A DNA stretch of 60,515 nt from Octopus sinensis (Eukaryota). The stretch is from the NCBI RefSeq assembly GCF_006345805.1, contig NW_021832561.1, positions 1-60,515 on the forward strand. Direction: 5' to 3'. How positions within the stretch are numbered: the stretch's first letter is position 1; every line of letters starts with the position of its first letter. Of the stretch, positions 12,449 through 25,239 are shown in pieces. Under the pieces are notes generated by a model that was given only the letters and a program-made list of their open reading frames with translations, was not told the DNA's origin and did no database searches. The position numbers and the translations under genes are program-made.

Positions 12449-12880
12449 GTGAGAGACAGACAGACAGACAGACAGACCGACAGATAGAGATATAGATAGA
12501 CAGACAGACAAACAGTTCGATAGATAGACTGGTAGGTAGGTAGAGAGAGAGAGAGACATTGATAGATAGATAGATAAATAGATAGAGAGAGAGAGAGAAA
12601 GAAAGAGAGAGAGAGAAAGACAGAGATATAGAGAGATAGATGAATACATACATACATATGTACAAAAAAGGGGGACATAGACAGATAGAGAGAGAGAGAG
12701 AGACAAATACATACATATATATATATATACACACACGCATACATGTATGCATATATACATAGAGAACGTGTGTGTGAGTGAGGGAGAGAGAAAGCGAGAA
12801 AAAAGGAAGGGAGGAAAGAAAGAAGAAAAGAAAAAATGAAAGAAAGAAAGAAAGAAAGAAAGAAGGAAAGAAAGAAAGAA
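12378..12880. repeat. (GATA)n/(GACA)n/(GA)n/(GAAA)n composite microsatellite
   Basis: Direct inspection. Confidence 0.9.
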
Positions 12881-13072
12881 GGAGTGATGCGTACGCACAT
12901 TCGTTCATGTACACACATAGCGATATTGAATCAGCGAGGTGTATCAAATTATGCTTATATATACAGCTTTGAATGTGAAAGTGAAATAAAGTCACTCACA
13001 CGTACAAACACGCGCGCGCGCACGCAAACAACGCACACACACACACACACACACACGCATATACTCACATCC

Positions 13073-13116
<44 letters not shown>

Positions 13117-13231
13117 ATGCCTGCATGTAAGTATTCAATTAACCTATGTATATATATATATGTATATATATGTAGTATGAATGCGCTTGTGCGAGAGTGA
13201 GAGACTCAGTCAGACGTACAAAAAGAGATAC

Positions 13232-13266
<35 letters not shown>

Positions 13267-13573
13267 ATATGCGCGTATATTGGTGTGAGTGAAGGAATGA
13301 ATATGGGTTAGCATAGTTCCTCTTGAACAGTTATAAATGGTAACTGAATGTATTTTATAAGTAAAAGAATTACAGGCGATCACTAAATACTCCACATACA
13401 TTTCAGTGTTATTGTCTCGTATATATTATACTCCGCACTATATATATATATATAAGTTTAGCAAATATTTAGATTCAGATGAATATGGCACTTAAGTTAA
13501 AGGCACCAGAATTTGGTATGGTATTATCCATATAAATCAAATGGGGTGATTATATATCCTTGTTGCTTATTTT

Positions 13574-13651
<78 letters not shown>

Positions 13652-13918
13652 CATATATATATATATATTAGGGGAATGACGTTTTGAAAAGGCGTATGTA
13701 AAAGAAGACTCTGCTCGTGTGTACGGGAGTGTGTGGGAGTGTTTGTCTTTCAGCATGTGTAACTATGTCAGCTTACCTACATACGCAGATACATACACAC
13801 ACAATTTGCACAGAAACATGAATCTATACGTATTTATGCGTAAAGTATATATGTTGGTATCTATCTATCTATCTATCTATCTATATATATATATATATAT
13901 TATATATCTATCTCTCTC

Positions 13919-13981
<63 letters not shown>

Positions 13982-14078
13982 TATATATATATGAATGTAT
14001 GTAAATATATCAGAGAGAACAACCTAATGAACACACACAACACACACACACACACACATACATACATATATATTTATA

Positions 14079-14133
<55 letters not shown>

Positions 14134-14134
14134 C

Positions 14135-14187
<53 letters not shown>

Positions 14188-14875
14188 TAAGTATGTAAAT
14201 GCATATATAGTGTTATGCTCTGTTTTTGTTGATGCGATGAGTTCAAAATGTGTTACTTTCCGGCGAAATGCAAATATATGATATTTGGGAAAAAGGGATA
14301 TGAATATGAACATGATATAGAGTACATACACACACACATATATATATATTGAGAGAGAGGATGAGAGAGAGAGGATGAGAGAGAGAGAGGAAGAAATGTA
14401 GGTAGATAGATATTTATGCGCGTACATACGTACAAACATTCTCGTCTATATGATATCACGCTACAGACGACATGAAATGTCAGGAGGTTGTGGAAAATTG
14501 CAGTTAGTGAAAATCTCAAACATTGTGATCGAATCCGAGAACGTGTTGCTGGATAGGGAACTGCTTCACCATACGGAGATTCTGTACCTACATGTCCCTA
14601 TGTGTGTAGAATGAGTAATTTGGAAAAATAAACAGGAGTATAAAGTTGGAGAAAGAAACCGGTTGTAACGATGAATGATCTTTTAACTCAATAGATAATC
14701 CTCTAACTTGCAGAGACACTGATGAAACCAGTAATGGTGAAACCGTTACATGTACATATATGTATACCTTTGACTTTATCATAGGAGCCTAATTTCGCTG
14801 ACAACAAAGGCTGATGAATGTCATCGTAAACGATAAGTGTATCTTGTTGGTTAAGGCAGTTCTCAGAGAGTAGAA

Positions 14876-14994
<119 letters not shown>

Positions 14995-15063
14995 AACGAT
15001 TGAGACGATGAGAAAGGAGGATAGAGATATACTGCACCAACTTCATTGCTATTATATTTAATA

Positions 15064-15380
15064 CTGTGGAGGCGCGATGGCCCAGTGGTTCGGGCAGTGG
15101 ACTTGCGGTCGGAGGATCGCGGTTTCAATTCACAGACCGGGCGTTGTGTGTGATTATTAAGCGAAAACACGTAAAAGCTCCACAAGGCTCCGGCAGGGGA
15201 TGATGGCGACCCCTGTTGTACTCTTTCGCCACAACTTTCTCTCACTCTCTCTTCCTGTTTCTTGAACAACACTGCGATGGACTGGCATCCCGTCCAGCTG
15301 GGGGGAACACATACGCCACAGAAACGGGGAAACCGGGCCCGTGAGCCTAGCAACGCTTGAAAAGGGTGACGTTATATTTA
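15064..15380 (+). mobile_element. tRNA-headed SINE family C with V-SINE-like domain
   Basis: A box TGGCCCAGTGG, B-box-like GGTTTCAATTC, and ctgcgatggactggcatcccgtccag resembling the conserved V-SINE domain. Relatives at 29210, 50410, 51380. Confidence 0.75.
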
Positions 15381-15459
15381 CTACTAAAAACTAATAATAA
15401 TACTAATAATAACGATAATGATACTTTCTATTATACAAGACAGATGACCAGCAAGAAGA

Positions 15460-15620
15460 AAGATGATTACATCGACCTCAGTAGTCAACTGGTACGTACC
15501 TTATCGACCTGAAATGATGGAAGGCAAAATTGAGCTCGATGAGATTCTATCTCCGAAACCAAACAGCGGAAAGAAATAACGGCAAGTATTGTATACGACA
15601 TACTGCCTCCTCGACCAACG
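15460..15620 (-). mobile_element. Degenerate family-B SINE
   Basis: gattacatcgacctcagt..aactggtac..ttatcgacc..gatggaaggcaaa. Confidence 0.65.
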
Positions 15621-15806
15621 GACTGCATTTCATTAGAAACCTTTGTCACAAATATATACATAAATATATTGTGTCTGCAGATAAGACTGACTGGTCATCT
15701 CTGGAGTGGCTTTGACCATAGATGCCTCGCTCGATCATAGCTGATATGGGTGAGCAACAACACTAATCAACGTTATTTGATATGAATGCATACATACATA
15801 CTACAT

Positions 15807-15867
<61 letters not shown>

Positions 15868-16158
15868 ATATATATACATATATATATGTATTTATATATA
15901 TGTGTGTGTGTATGTATGTATATATTAATTGTTGGATATGTAAGTAGATAGATGGAGAGATACATGCACGCATACATTCATTCATTTATTCAGACAGACA
16001 GATAGACAATAGATAGATTGATAGATATATATGCATATATGTGTATGTATTATTTTCGAGAGTGTGTATGTTTGTGAAAAAGAACACACACCTTTACATA
16101 AACACACATATATATTCATGCATACATACATACACGTACACATACATGCATACATACA

Positions 16159-16192
<34 letters not shown>

Positions 16193-16243
16193 CATACATG
16201 TATGCATCCATGCATGCATATACAGAGAGACAGAACCACTTAC

Positions 16244-16343
16244 GCTGGACTTCCCGCAGATCGTGATAAGGCGGTAAACTCCAACTCAACAGTCAATCGC
16301 GGTCGGGAAGCAATTACCGATACAGTAACATGAAACTCAAACC
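16244..16343 (-). CDS. Candidate internal exon of a minus-strand gene ([33 protein letters not shown])
   Basis: Unique CpG-containing island among microsatellites; consensus donor AGC|GTAAGT; open in the phase-1 frame that would follow the 37101 exon. The acceptor lacks a pyrimidine tract. Confidence 0.25.
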
Positions 16344-16605
16344 CTGTCTACGAGCGTATTGTTCTTCCGACCACACACATAAATGCACATGCTCACAATC
16401 AAATATACACTCATACATATACGCACGCAAGCACGTTTACAGGGACAAATACATACTCACACACGCTCACACACACATATACATGCACAGTGCACATGCA
16501 CGTCCACACACAAAACAAGCGTTTAGGCTCTTACGCCCAGGCAAAAATCCCAAGCATATGCAGTTGTTTTTCTGGTTTTTATTGCATACATACATACACA
16601 AATAT

Positions 16606-16699
<94 letters not shown>

Positions 16700-16834
16700 A
16701 TACATATATATACATACATTCATTTATGCATACAACCATACACACATGTATGCACGTATACAGGAGTCCTTACATATATACACACACACATAAATATATG
16801 TATGTATTCATGTATGCCATATATATATATATAC

Positions 16835-16947
16835 ATACAGGCGGAATTGACAAAAAAGACAGATGGTGTAGACAACGAACTGGTGTATTAGTATAACCTC
16901 AGGAAGTGAAAACGTCTTTAACGTTTCGAGCCTACGCTCTTAAACAC
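16835..16947 (-). mobile_element. Copy of the hammerhead-bearing repeat family
   Basis: gtattagtat..ctcaggaa..gtctttaacgtttcgagcctacgctctt is nearly identical to 57782-57846. Confidence 0.8.
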
Positions 16948-16980
16948 ATATATATGCGTGTATGTCTGTATATATGCATG

Positions 16981-17036
<56 letters not shown>

Positions 17037-17499
17037 CATGTATGTAGGTATGAATGTATGTATGTATGAATGTATGTGTGTGTGTGTGTGTGTATTTACG
17101 TATACGTCTGTGCGAACTGATGAGAAATCAGCAGTTACTACACCCTGTCTCTAATTTTAGAGCTATACCAATAATTATTCTAACACTTGGCTTCGTGTCT
17201 AACTGCCTCAGTAGCAATCTTGAGAAAGCGCACTTCATAAAACCAAGATGTCTAATCAGAAAATTGCAGCAAGAATCTGTCAAAGATGGTGTCGAAATAT
17301 TTGAAACCTTCATGAAAGTTAATGGGTAAGACCCAAATATGTAACGACATCTATGGCAGTGTCTTTCCCAATTGTTCATAATTGTGCACATGCCCACATA
17401 CATATAAACATACACGCACGCGTGCACACACACAGACACAAACACACATATATAATTGCATACATATATATATACATATATACATATGTGTGCATACGT

Positions 17500-17574
17500 C
17501 TCGGTTTAGCATAATGGTTCAGAGCACCGCAATCCGTAATCACGGAGGTGTGAGTTCGAGTCTCATAGCCGGCT
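17500..17574 (+). pseudogene. tRNA pseudogene or solo SINE head, probably tRNA-Thr(CGT)-derived
   Basis: Acceptor stem CTCGGTT/AGCCGGC, T arm GTGAG-TTCGAGT-CTCAT, D-loop TGG, CGT in an enlarged anticodon loop with a mismatched stem; T6 run at 17583-17588. Confidence 0.65.
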
Positions 17575-17799
17575 TCCAACACTTTTTTCTGCAAAATAGG
17601 AGCAGCTTATCCTGTTCAGGCTATATTATTAGCATTATCCCGTGCTTGAGAATTTAAAATCACTTCTTTGACTTTCTAAGACATCTCAACGCTTCTAAAG
17701 CAAACTTCGTTTGTTTGTTTACATTCATCGTAATTTGAATTTAATATATATATACATGTGTATGTATATATTTAATAATGTCTGTGTGTGCACGTATAT

Positions 17800-18090
17800 A
17801 AAGTTCCCCTCCGAGGCACAAGTCCGGGCAACGATGCTTATGGAAGACCAGCTGTCACCCATGCATACCAGACTCCCCTCTCCACACCACGGATGTTACC
17901 CAAGGGAAAAGAAAGGGCCGATACAGCTTGGCACCAGTGACGTTGCAACTCATTTCTATAGCTGAGTGAACTGGAGTAACTTGAAATAAAGTGTCTTGCT
18001 CAAGAGCAAAACACGCAGGTTGGTCCAGGATTCGAACTTACAACCTCATGGTCGCAAGTTCGACGCCCTAACCACTGAGACATGCGCCTT
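17800..18090 (-). mobile_element. tRNA-headed SINE family D
   Basis: Collinear with 52975-53305 (gaggcacaagtc..ggaagaccag..gatacagcttggcacc..gctgagtgaactggag); B box GTTCGAATCC on the minus strand. Confidence 0.85.
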
Positions 18091-18097
18091 CACTTAT

Positions 18098-18250
<153 letters not shown>

Positions 18251-18274
18251 ATATATATATATATAATTCTATTC

Positions 18275-18702
18275 TTTCTTTTACTTGTTTCAGTCATTTG
18301 AATGCGGCCATGCTGGAGCACCGTCACCTTAAAATGTTTTAGTCGAACAAATCGACTCCAGGACTTATCCTTTGTAATCCTAGTTACGGGGACGTAAGCA
18401 CAACAATATCGGTTGTCAAGCGATGGCGTGGGGGACAAACACCGACACAAATACGCACACGTAAATACACACACACACACACACACACACGTAAATACAT
18501 ACACACACACACATTCTCCCTCTCTCCCTCTTACACACGCTTATATATATTTATACGACGGGTTTCTTTCAGTTTCGGTCTGCCAAATCCACTGACGAGG
18601 GTTTGGTTGGCCGGGGCTATAGTAGAAGACACTTGCCGAAGGCGCCCGCAGTGGGACTGAACCTGGAACCATATGGTTAGGAAGCAAGCTTCTTGCCACA
18701 CA
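18275..18702 (-). mobile_element. SINE family A, near full length
   Basis: Collinear with 24185-24619. Confidence 0.9.
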
Positions 18703-18726
18703 TGCATTTATATATAAATACCTGCA

Positions 18727-18770
<44 letters not shown>

Positions 18771-18829
18771 CATGTATATATACATACATGTTTAAATGGG
18801 TGTGGTGGATGAGAGAGAGAATGCGATAT

Positions 18830-20620
18830 TTTATTGGTTACCAAAGATGTAAAGATTCAGATGAAAAACTTTTCTCACAAATACACAAGGAAAACTTAAG
18901 AACATTTTAAGCTTAGCTCCTTCCCGTTCGATGTAAAGAGAAACGTACGAAAAATCATCCAACAATTTTAAGGCATATTTCCAAGAGATTGAACAAACTT
19001 TTAAATCTCTAAACATATCCATATTACTTGACATAAAAATATTTGTAGGAAATTGATAGTCTTACAAATATTGGCACCTCTTTAATACTATTACAAATAG
19101 CTACAAGAAAAGCACCTCTGGCACTGATCCTGCTATTAATTTTGAGACCAAAGAAATAGCTATCAGCATAAAAAACATTATAAAAAGTATATATTTTAGC
19201 ACTCGCTGAACCATACATCACATTGAAAGATCATAAAGACAGTTTTCTTGCCAACTCCAGGTATAGATTAATAGATCCGGGGAAGAACTTCAGATGGCCA
19301 AGGTCAGGAAAATATATTCTAAATTCCATTAGTTTTAATGTCAAACGATCTCTTCCTTCCCGATATTGAATAACATTTTATCTATTAACAAGTGGTTCAA
19401 TAGTAGAAATAAAACACATCTTTGTAAATATATGCAGTTCGATACATTAGTATTCGATCCGTCTTTATCTTTAAATGCTTTACAATAAGTTAGAGAATTT
19501 TGTCCAGAGTAGTGAATTGAATATTATTTGTTCATTAGAACATCGTTACTGTTTTACGATAATTTCTTCCTATAAAGCGAAATGGCCAATAATTGTTTGA
19601 TGTAGTCATGAGCTCTTAAGATACAGCTATGCTTTATGAATTGAGTCGTATATCTTGGAGGAACTTAGAAGAAATTCCTCTCCACAGATTTCGGCATTTA
19701 CAATGATGATGGACTACACATTTTCCGAAGCACGACTGACCACGTAATAGATGTTGTTAGGAAGATGTTCATTAAGAAACTTCAGACATTACATGTTTAA
19801 ATCATACTAGATACGAATCTTGGAATAGTTAGTGTCTTAGATGCAACAGTTAAATTACTTACTAATAAATATTGCCTTTATGTAAACCTAACGAGAATTT
19901 GTAGGCCGCAAAGATCAGTAAAAATTAATATCATTACCAAACGCATATTTACCTTATCCTATGACGCAGAATTCTTTTAACCATGATGCTCATTATCACA
20001 ACGGCATATGAAGGTCACAGTTTTCAAAGTTAGGATACATTGCCAATGGAATAACTCTAATTTGTGCAAAGGCAAATGCTGAACTGATAATAATACATTG
20101 TATAATCCTGTTTCTAGTTAAAATTACTGTTGCAGCGTTGTTACTGTTTTCCTAAACTCTTGAAATAAGCATTTGTCAGTAAGTCGCAGAGATGAGATAT
20201 TCAAAATATCTAAAGTAAGCTGCAAAACTTTTCCACTTCCATATCCAATACAAACAAGTGAAATCTTTCTCGTAACAGCACTCATATTTCTTTCCATCAA
20301 ATTAAACGTAACAATACCAATATATGTTCTCTGAACGGGATTTGTTCTTTTAAACGCCAAACGTACATATTTAGACACTGAGGCAGGAACATGATCACAT
20401 CTCTACATAAACATATCTAAGTTTTCAAAGATGATAATATTAACAATTTTAAAATTAATTGAGCCATTATGGAACATGTCCACCCCAACACTGAGGGTTC
20501 CAGAAACGGGTTGTCTCTGTCTTTGGATTAGTAAGCAGTGTGTTACGAGATGCTGAAATTTCGACCCAGATCGGAATCGGTAAATTCTGTCAGACGCTTC
20601 TAATCATTAAGGAATTTTCA
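18830..20620 (+). mobile_element. Decayed Penelope-like retroelement (RT + GIY-YIG endonuclease), Naiad-like
   Basis: Plus-strand fragments in canonical order: YITLKDHKDSFLANSRYRLIDPGK (19214), KWFN..CKYMQFD..FDPSL (~19390), FDVVMSS*D (19596), DFGIYNDDGL (19687; YxDD), VSVLDATVKL (~19828), RNNTNICSLNGICSF..TYI (~20307), KDDNINNFKIN*AIMEHVHPNTEGSRN (20427). Many stops and frameshifts. Confidence 0.85.
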
Positions 20621-21071
20621 ACTGACAATTGTGTAACATATATTGTTATATTTTATTATCATTTTTTACATGAAGAGTTTTCTATACACTGAATGATAAT
20701 CATATATAAATAAGGTCTGTATTTATTTCACCCTAAAACTTCATTCCCAATCTTCTTGGCGAAGTTTGCCTTATTTGTATGACATTTATATAACATGAAG
20801 ATATCACATGATTTCACTTAATAATATATGATAATGTGATGTGTTTTGCGCATGACAGGTGTATAGATGTATGTGTGACAGGTCTTGTAACGTTTTTGTA
20901 GAAAGCACGCAGATGGCAGGTGCTATTTACGGATCGTGTTTACATGAGTTCGAATACCATTGCATATTTTTGGTTAAAATACTTTTCACCTTCAATCGTT
21001 TGAATAAGCCGTAGCGTTAAACTAAAAGACACACGTGTATATAGGTATCTATTTATGTGTGTATATATAGG

Positions 21072-21119
<48 letters not shown>

Positions 21120-21253
21120 ATGGACAGACAGATAGACAGACAGTTAGATAGATACATACATACTTACATATATACATGCACACATATATACACACATATA
21201 TATACATACATAGAATCATAAATGCGCCGAAGCATACATGCATACGCAGACAC

Positions 21254-21333
<80 letters not shown>

Positions 21334-21541
21334 TACAAAATGGTGGTTCATAGGTATATACGTACCTTGTTATGTATATACGCAAAAGAGAAATACTCTT
21401 GAATATGAATGGGTTTATTCATTTGGGAATAATTTCTAGAGAAGCAAGCTTCAGATGCGCGCGCGCACAAACACACACACACACAGATACACACATGCAT
21501 TCACAACTAGACACAATGCACATGTCTACACTCTCATGCAT

Positions 21542-21588
<47 letters not shown>

Positions 21589-21945
21589 ATATACTGTAAT
21601 ACTAGTTGAGGTGATTATAAGCCAAAATTCAATATGATTTAAAAAGTAACGCTACAACCTTCAACTGAATGGCAACGCAGGAAGCTTGTTTGAATTATTT
21701 CACTTTGGAAACGTCGTAAGTGATGGACCCTCGATGAAACTGCAGCAACTAGGATACATAATTGCATACAGAGCAATGTGCAGTCGGTGCAGTAGAAACA
21801 TATGTCGGTCATTGTTAAATATGCCGTAGAAAACTTTGGATGTGAATAAACCTCTACTCTCCTCCTCGTTTTCAATATTATATGTGTGTGTGTGTGTATG
21901 TGTGTATTTATTGTATGTATATGTATATGTATATCTATCTATCTA

Positions 21946-22028
<83 letters not shown>

Positions 22029-22849
22029 AATGTGTATAGATACATCTGTACCAATATAAATGCTTGCACGCGCACACACCCGGACAAATATATGAGTATA
22101 GATATACTAATGCATATCTATGCATATATACGTATATGCATGTATGCAACCCTGCACACAACCACACGCCCAGAAATCACACGGACACATATACTCATAT
22201 ACATGCACATACATATCAGCAAATATGTGTTTATATATATATATATTATATATATATATATATGCGTGTGTGTGGGTATGTATCTGCATATGTGTGTATC
22301 TGTATGTGTGTGTGCGTGCGCGGTTATGCATCTGCATATGTGTGTATCTGCGTGCGTGTGTGTGTGTGTGTGTGTGTTGTCGTGGCTATTACAAAGTTCT
22401 GTGCCATTCATAGCTTAGTAGTCGTATCATGAGAGATGAAACAGTCAGTTACTCACTACACACACACCAAACACGCACTGACATATACATAAAGATACAC
22501 ACAGATGCATTCATACATAATCAGACACACACACCACACACACCACACACACACACTCACGCACGCAGAAATATGCATACACACTCCCGCGCACACACAC
22601 ACACACATATACACGCAGACATAGTATCATGGATACACACACTTTTGGTAAATTTTGGAATTTTTTTTTTCCTTTTTTACTAAATTTTCTTTCATTTTCT
22701 TTTCACGACGCAAAAATTTCGCAAAAATAATTTCGCAACGAAGAATTGTAAAGAACTGCAACGAAACATCGGTGGAGGAGTGAGAGTGACGGGATGAGTT
22801 TTGGATAGGAGGATCTTGGAGAACAGTAGTTCTGGTGGTGGTGGCGGTG

Positions 22850-23012
22850 GTGGTAATAGTAATAGTAGTAGAGATGGTGGTGGTTGTAGTAGTAGTAGTA
22901 GTAGTAGTAGTAGTGTTAGTAGTAGTAGTAGTAGCGGAAATATAAGTATTGGTGATATAGTTATAGTAGCGCTGGTATGATGGTTGTAGTAGAGGTAGTC
23001 AATGTAGTAGTG

Positions 23013-23046
<34 letters not shown>

Positions 23047-23690
23047 CAATTGTAGTGGTGGTGGTGGTTGTCGTCGTCATCGTGTTTAATTTTTGAATTT
23101 TTTTTATGTTGATGACTGCGATGACGACAGGAAGGAGAGGATGTCAGTGGGGTCGGGGATGATGACAGCGGTGGTGGTGCTGCTGGGGTTAGTGGTGGAC
23201 AGGTGGTTGTGCGGTCTTAATTATGGTGTTAACGACTACGACGACGACGACGACGACGTCTGCGCTAGTGAAGGTGGTGGCGTTAGTGTAGGTGGTGATG
23301 ATGACGCTAACTATGATAATGATGACGACGACAATTACAACGCCGGTGAGGACTATGACAAGGAGATGACGCTAACGAATGATGTTGTTGGAAGCTGTGG
23401 TGGTGATGATGATGATGGTCATGATATTGATCATGATCATTACGACGACGATGACGACGGTGGTGGTGGTGGCGGCGGTGGTGGAGGTGGTGGTGGTGTA
23501 TGTGATGGTGATGGTGTATGTGGTGATGGTGGTGGTGGTGGTTCTGACGATGATGACGATAATGGTGATGGCAATGATGATGACGATGAAGGTGGTGATG
23601 ACAATCACGACTACGATGATGATGACGATGGTAATGACGATGATGATGGTGATAATGATCATGATGATGGTGGTGTTGATAGCTTCAAAG
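22850..23690. repeat. Composite (GTA/GGT/GAT/GAC)n trinucleotide region
   Basis: Direct inspection; explains the D/G-rich ORF 23093-23707. Confidence 0.85.
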
Positions 23691-24184
23691 AGAAGCCAAA
23701 TTATTGAAATGTTAGCCTTCATATATATATGATAGCGTAACTTTAGGTCGAAAACGTTTTAGCAGCACAATTACGTTGTGACTTCGAAGTAAGTTGCATC
23801 GACAACAAACCTCCAAGAAATGTGGCAACCACGATATTTGCAGCAACAAGTAAAACTTCAGTAATTTTTACGGCAACAAGTTGAAATCTGTGACGTTTTG
23901 AACGACAACAACTGATGCACTTGGCAACAAAAACTGCAATAACTTATGCAGTAACGAGAAAAGCCTGGAACGGTATAAAGTATTGCAGCATGTGCACCAG
24001 CAACGAAATCATTGCATCAACAATTGCACCAACAGGAAATGTCTGTAACTTATATAAACGACAAGTGTACCAATAATAAAAACTGCCAAACAGTGTACAA
24101 ATGGGAAAGTGTGTAACGGTGTAAAACGAAAGAATCCGCAGAGAAATGCACCCAGGAAAAGAGTTTGGAACTTCTTAAACCAGA

Positions 24185-24619
24185 CTCTTTTACTTGCTTG
24201 CTTCAGTCATTTGACTGTGGCCATGTTGGAGCACCGCCTGTAGTCGAGCAAATCGACCCCCAGGACTTATTCTTTGTAAGCTTAGTACTTATTCTATCGG
24301 TCTCTTAGGGCCGAGCCGCTAAGTTACGGGGACGTAAACACACCAACATCGGTTGTCAAGTGATGTTGGTGAGGACAAACACAAACATATACATATACAT
24401 ACATATATACATATATATATATACATACATATACATACATATATATATACATATATACGACGGGCTTCTTTCAGTTTCCGTCTACCAAATCCACTCACAA
24501 GGCTTTGGTCGGCCCAAGGCTATAGTAGAAGACACTTGCCCAAGGTACCACGCAGTGGGAATGAACCCGGAACCATGTAGTTGGTAAGCAAGCTACTCAC
24601 CACACAGCCACTCCTGCGC
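24185..24619 (-). mobile_element. SINE family A, full length
   Basis: Minus-strand A box TGGCTGTGTGG (24600-24610), B box GGTTCATTCCC (24557-24567), internal TA/CA microsatellite, 3' end ..tgactgaagcaagcaagtaaaagag. Confidence 0.92.
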
Positions 24620-24809
24620 TCAACAGAGGTGCAGCAATAACAATAACTGCAACAGTTGTAGCAGCAAGAACAAACTTTGCAGCAAGTTTCACAGCAAAAG
24701 CAGCAATATCGCCGCAATTTGCAAAAGTAGACATTTTGTAGGAATAACAGGTGAAGCGTTGATATTAACTCAAGACTCCTGCAATAATTGCAGTATGAAC
24801 GGCAGTTTT

Positions 24810-25230
24810 ATGGGGACGGTGTACGTCGGTTACATCGACAGCTGTACTTAACTAGTATTTTATTTTGTTGACCATGAAACGATGAAGGGCAAAGGCGACC
24901 TCGGTGGAATTTGAACTCAGAAAAAAACAGAGATATGAAAGAAATGCCGCTAATCATTTTGTACGAAGTCCTAGCGTTTCTGTCAGTTCACAACCTAAAT
25001 AGCAATGATTGTTTACCCTATAGGTACCAGACCTGGTATTTTGTGGGGAGAGCCTTGTCGATTACGTCGACCCCAGTCCCTTAACTGGTATTTATTTTAT
25101 CGAGCCTAAAAAGATCAAAAACGAATTCAAACTTGGTAGCGTTTGAACTCAGAAGGTAAATAAAGCAGGAAAAAATACCGCTAAGTATTTTGTCCGTCGC
25201 GCTGACGTTTCTGCCAGCTTACTGTCTTAT
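24810..25230 (-). mobile_element. Two tandem degenerate family-B SINEs
   Basis: Two sets of gttacatcgac/gattacgtcgacccc..aactggta..tttgaactcagaa..ccgcta. Confidence 0.8.
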
Positions 25231-25239
25231 TTACAGCAA

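Noticed and set aside
18831-20378. Three minus-strand ORFs that looked like viral proteins
   Set aside because: Antisense shadows of the plus-strand Penelope-like RT/EN.
20460-20462. In-frame TGA in the PLE as selenocysteine
   Set aside because: It aligns to an expected Trp (TGG>TGA decay) in an element with many other stops.
23093-23707. Asp/Gly-rich ORF resembling a biomineral acidic protein
   Set aside because: Made of GAT/GGT/GAC microsatellites, with no signal peptide, ATG context or splice evidence; overlapping frames are equally open.
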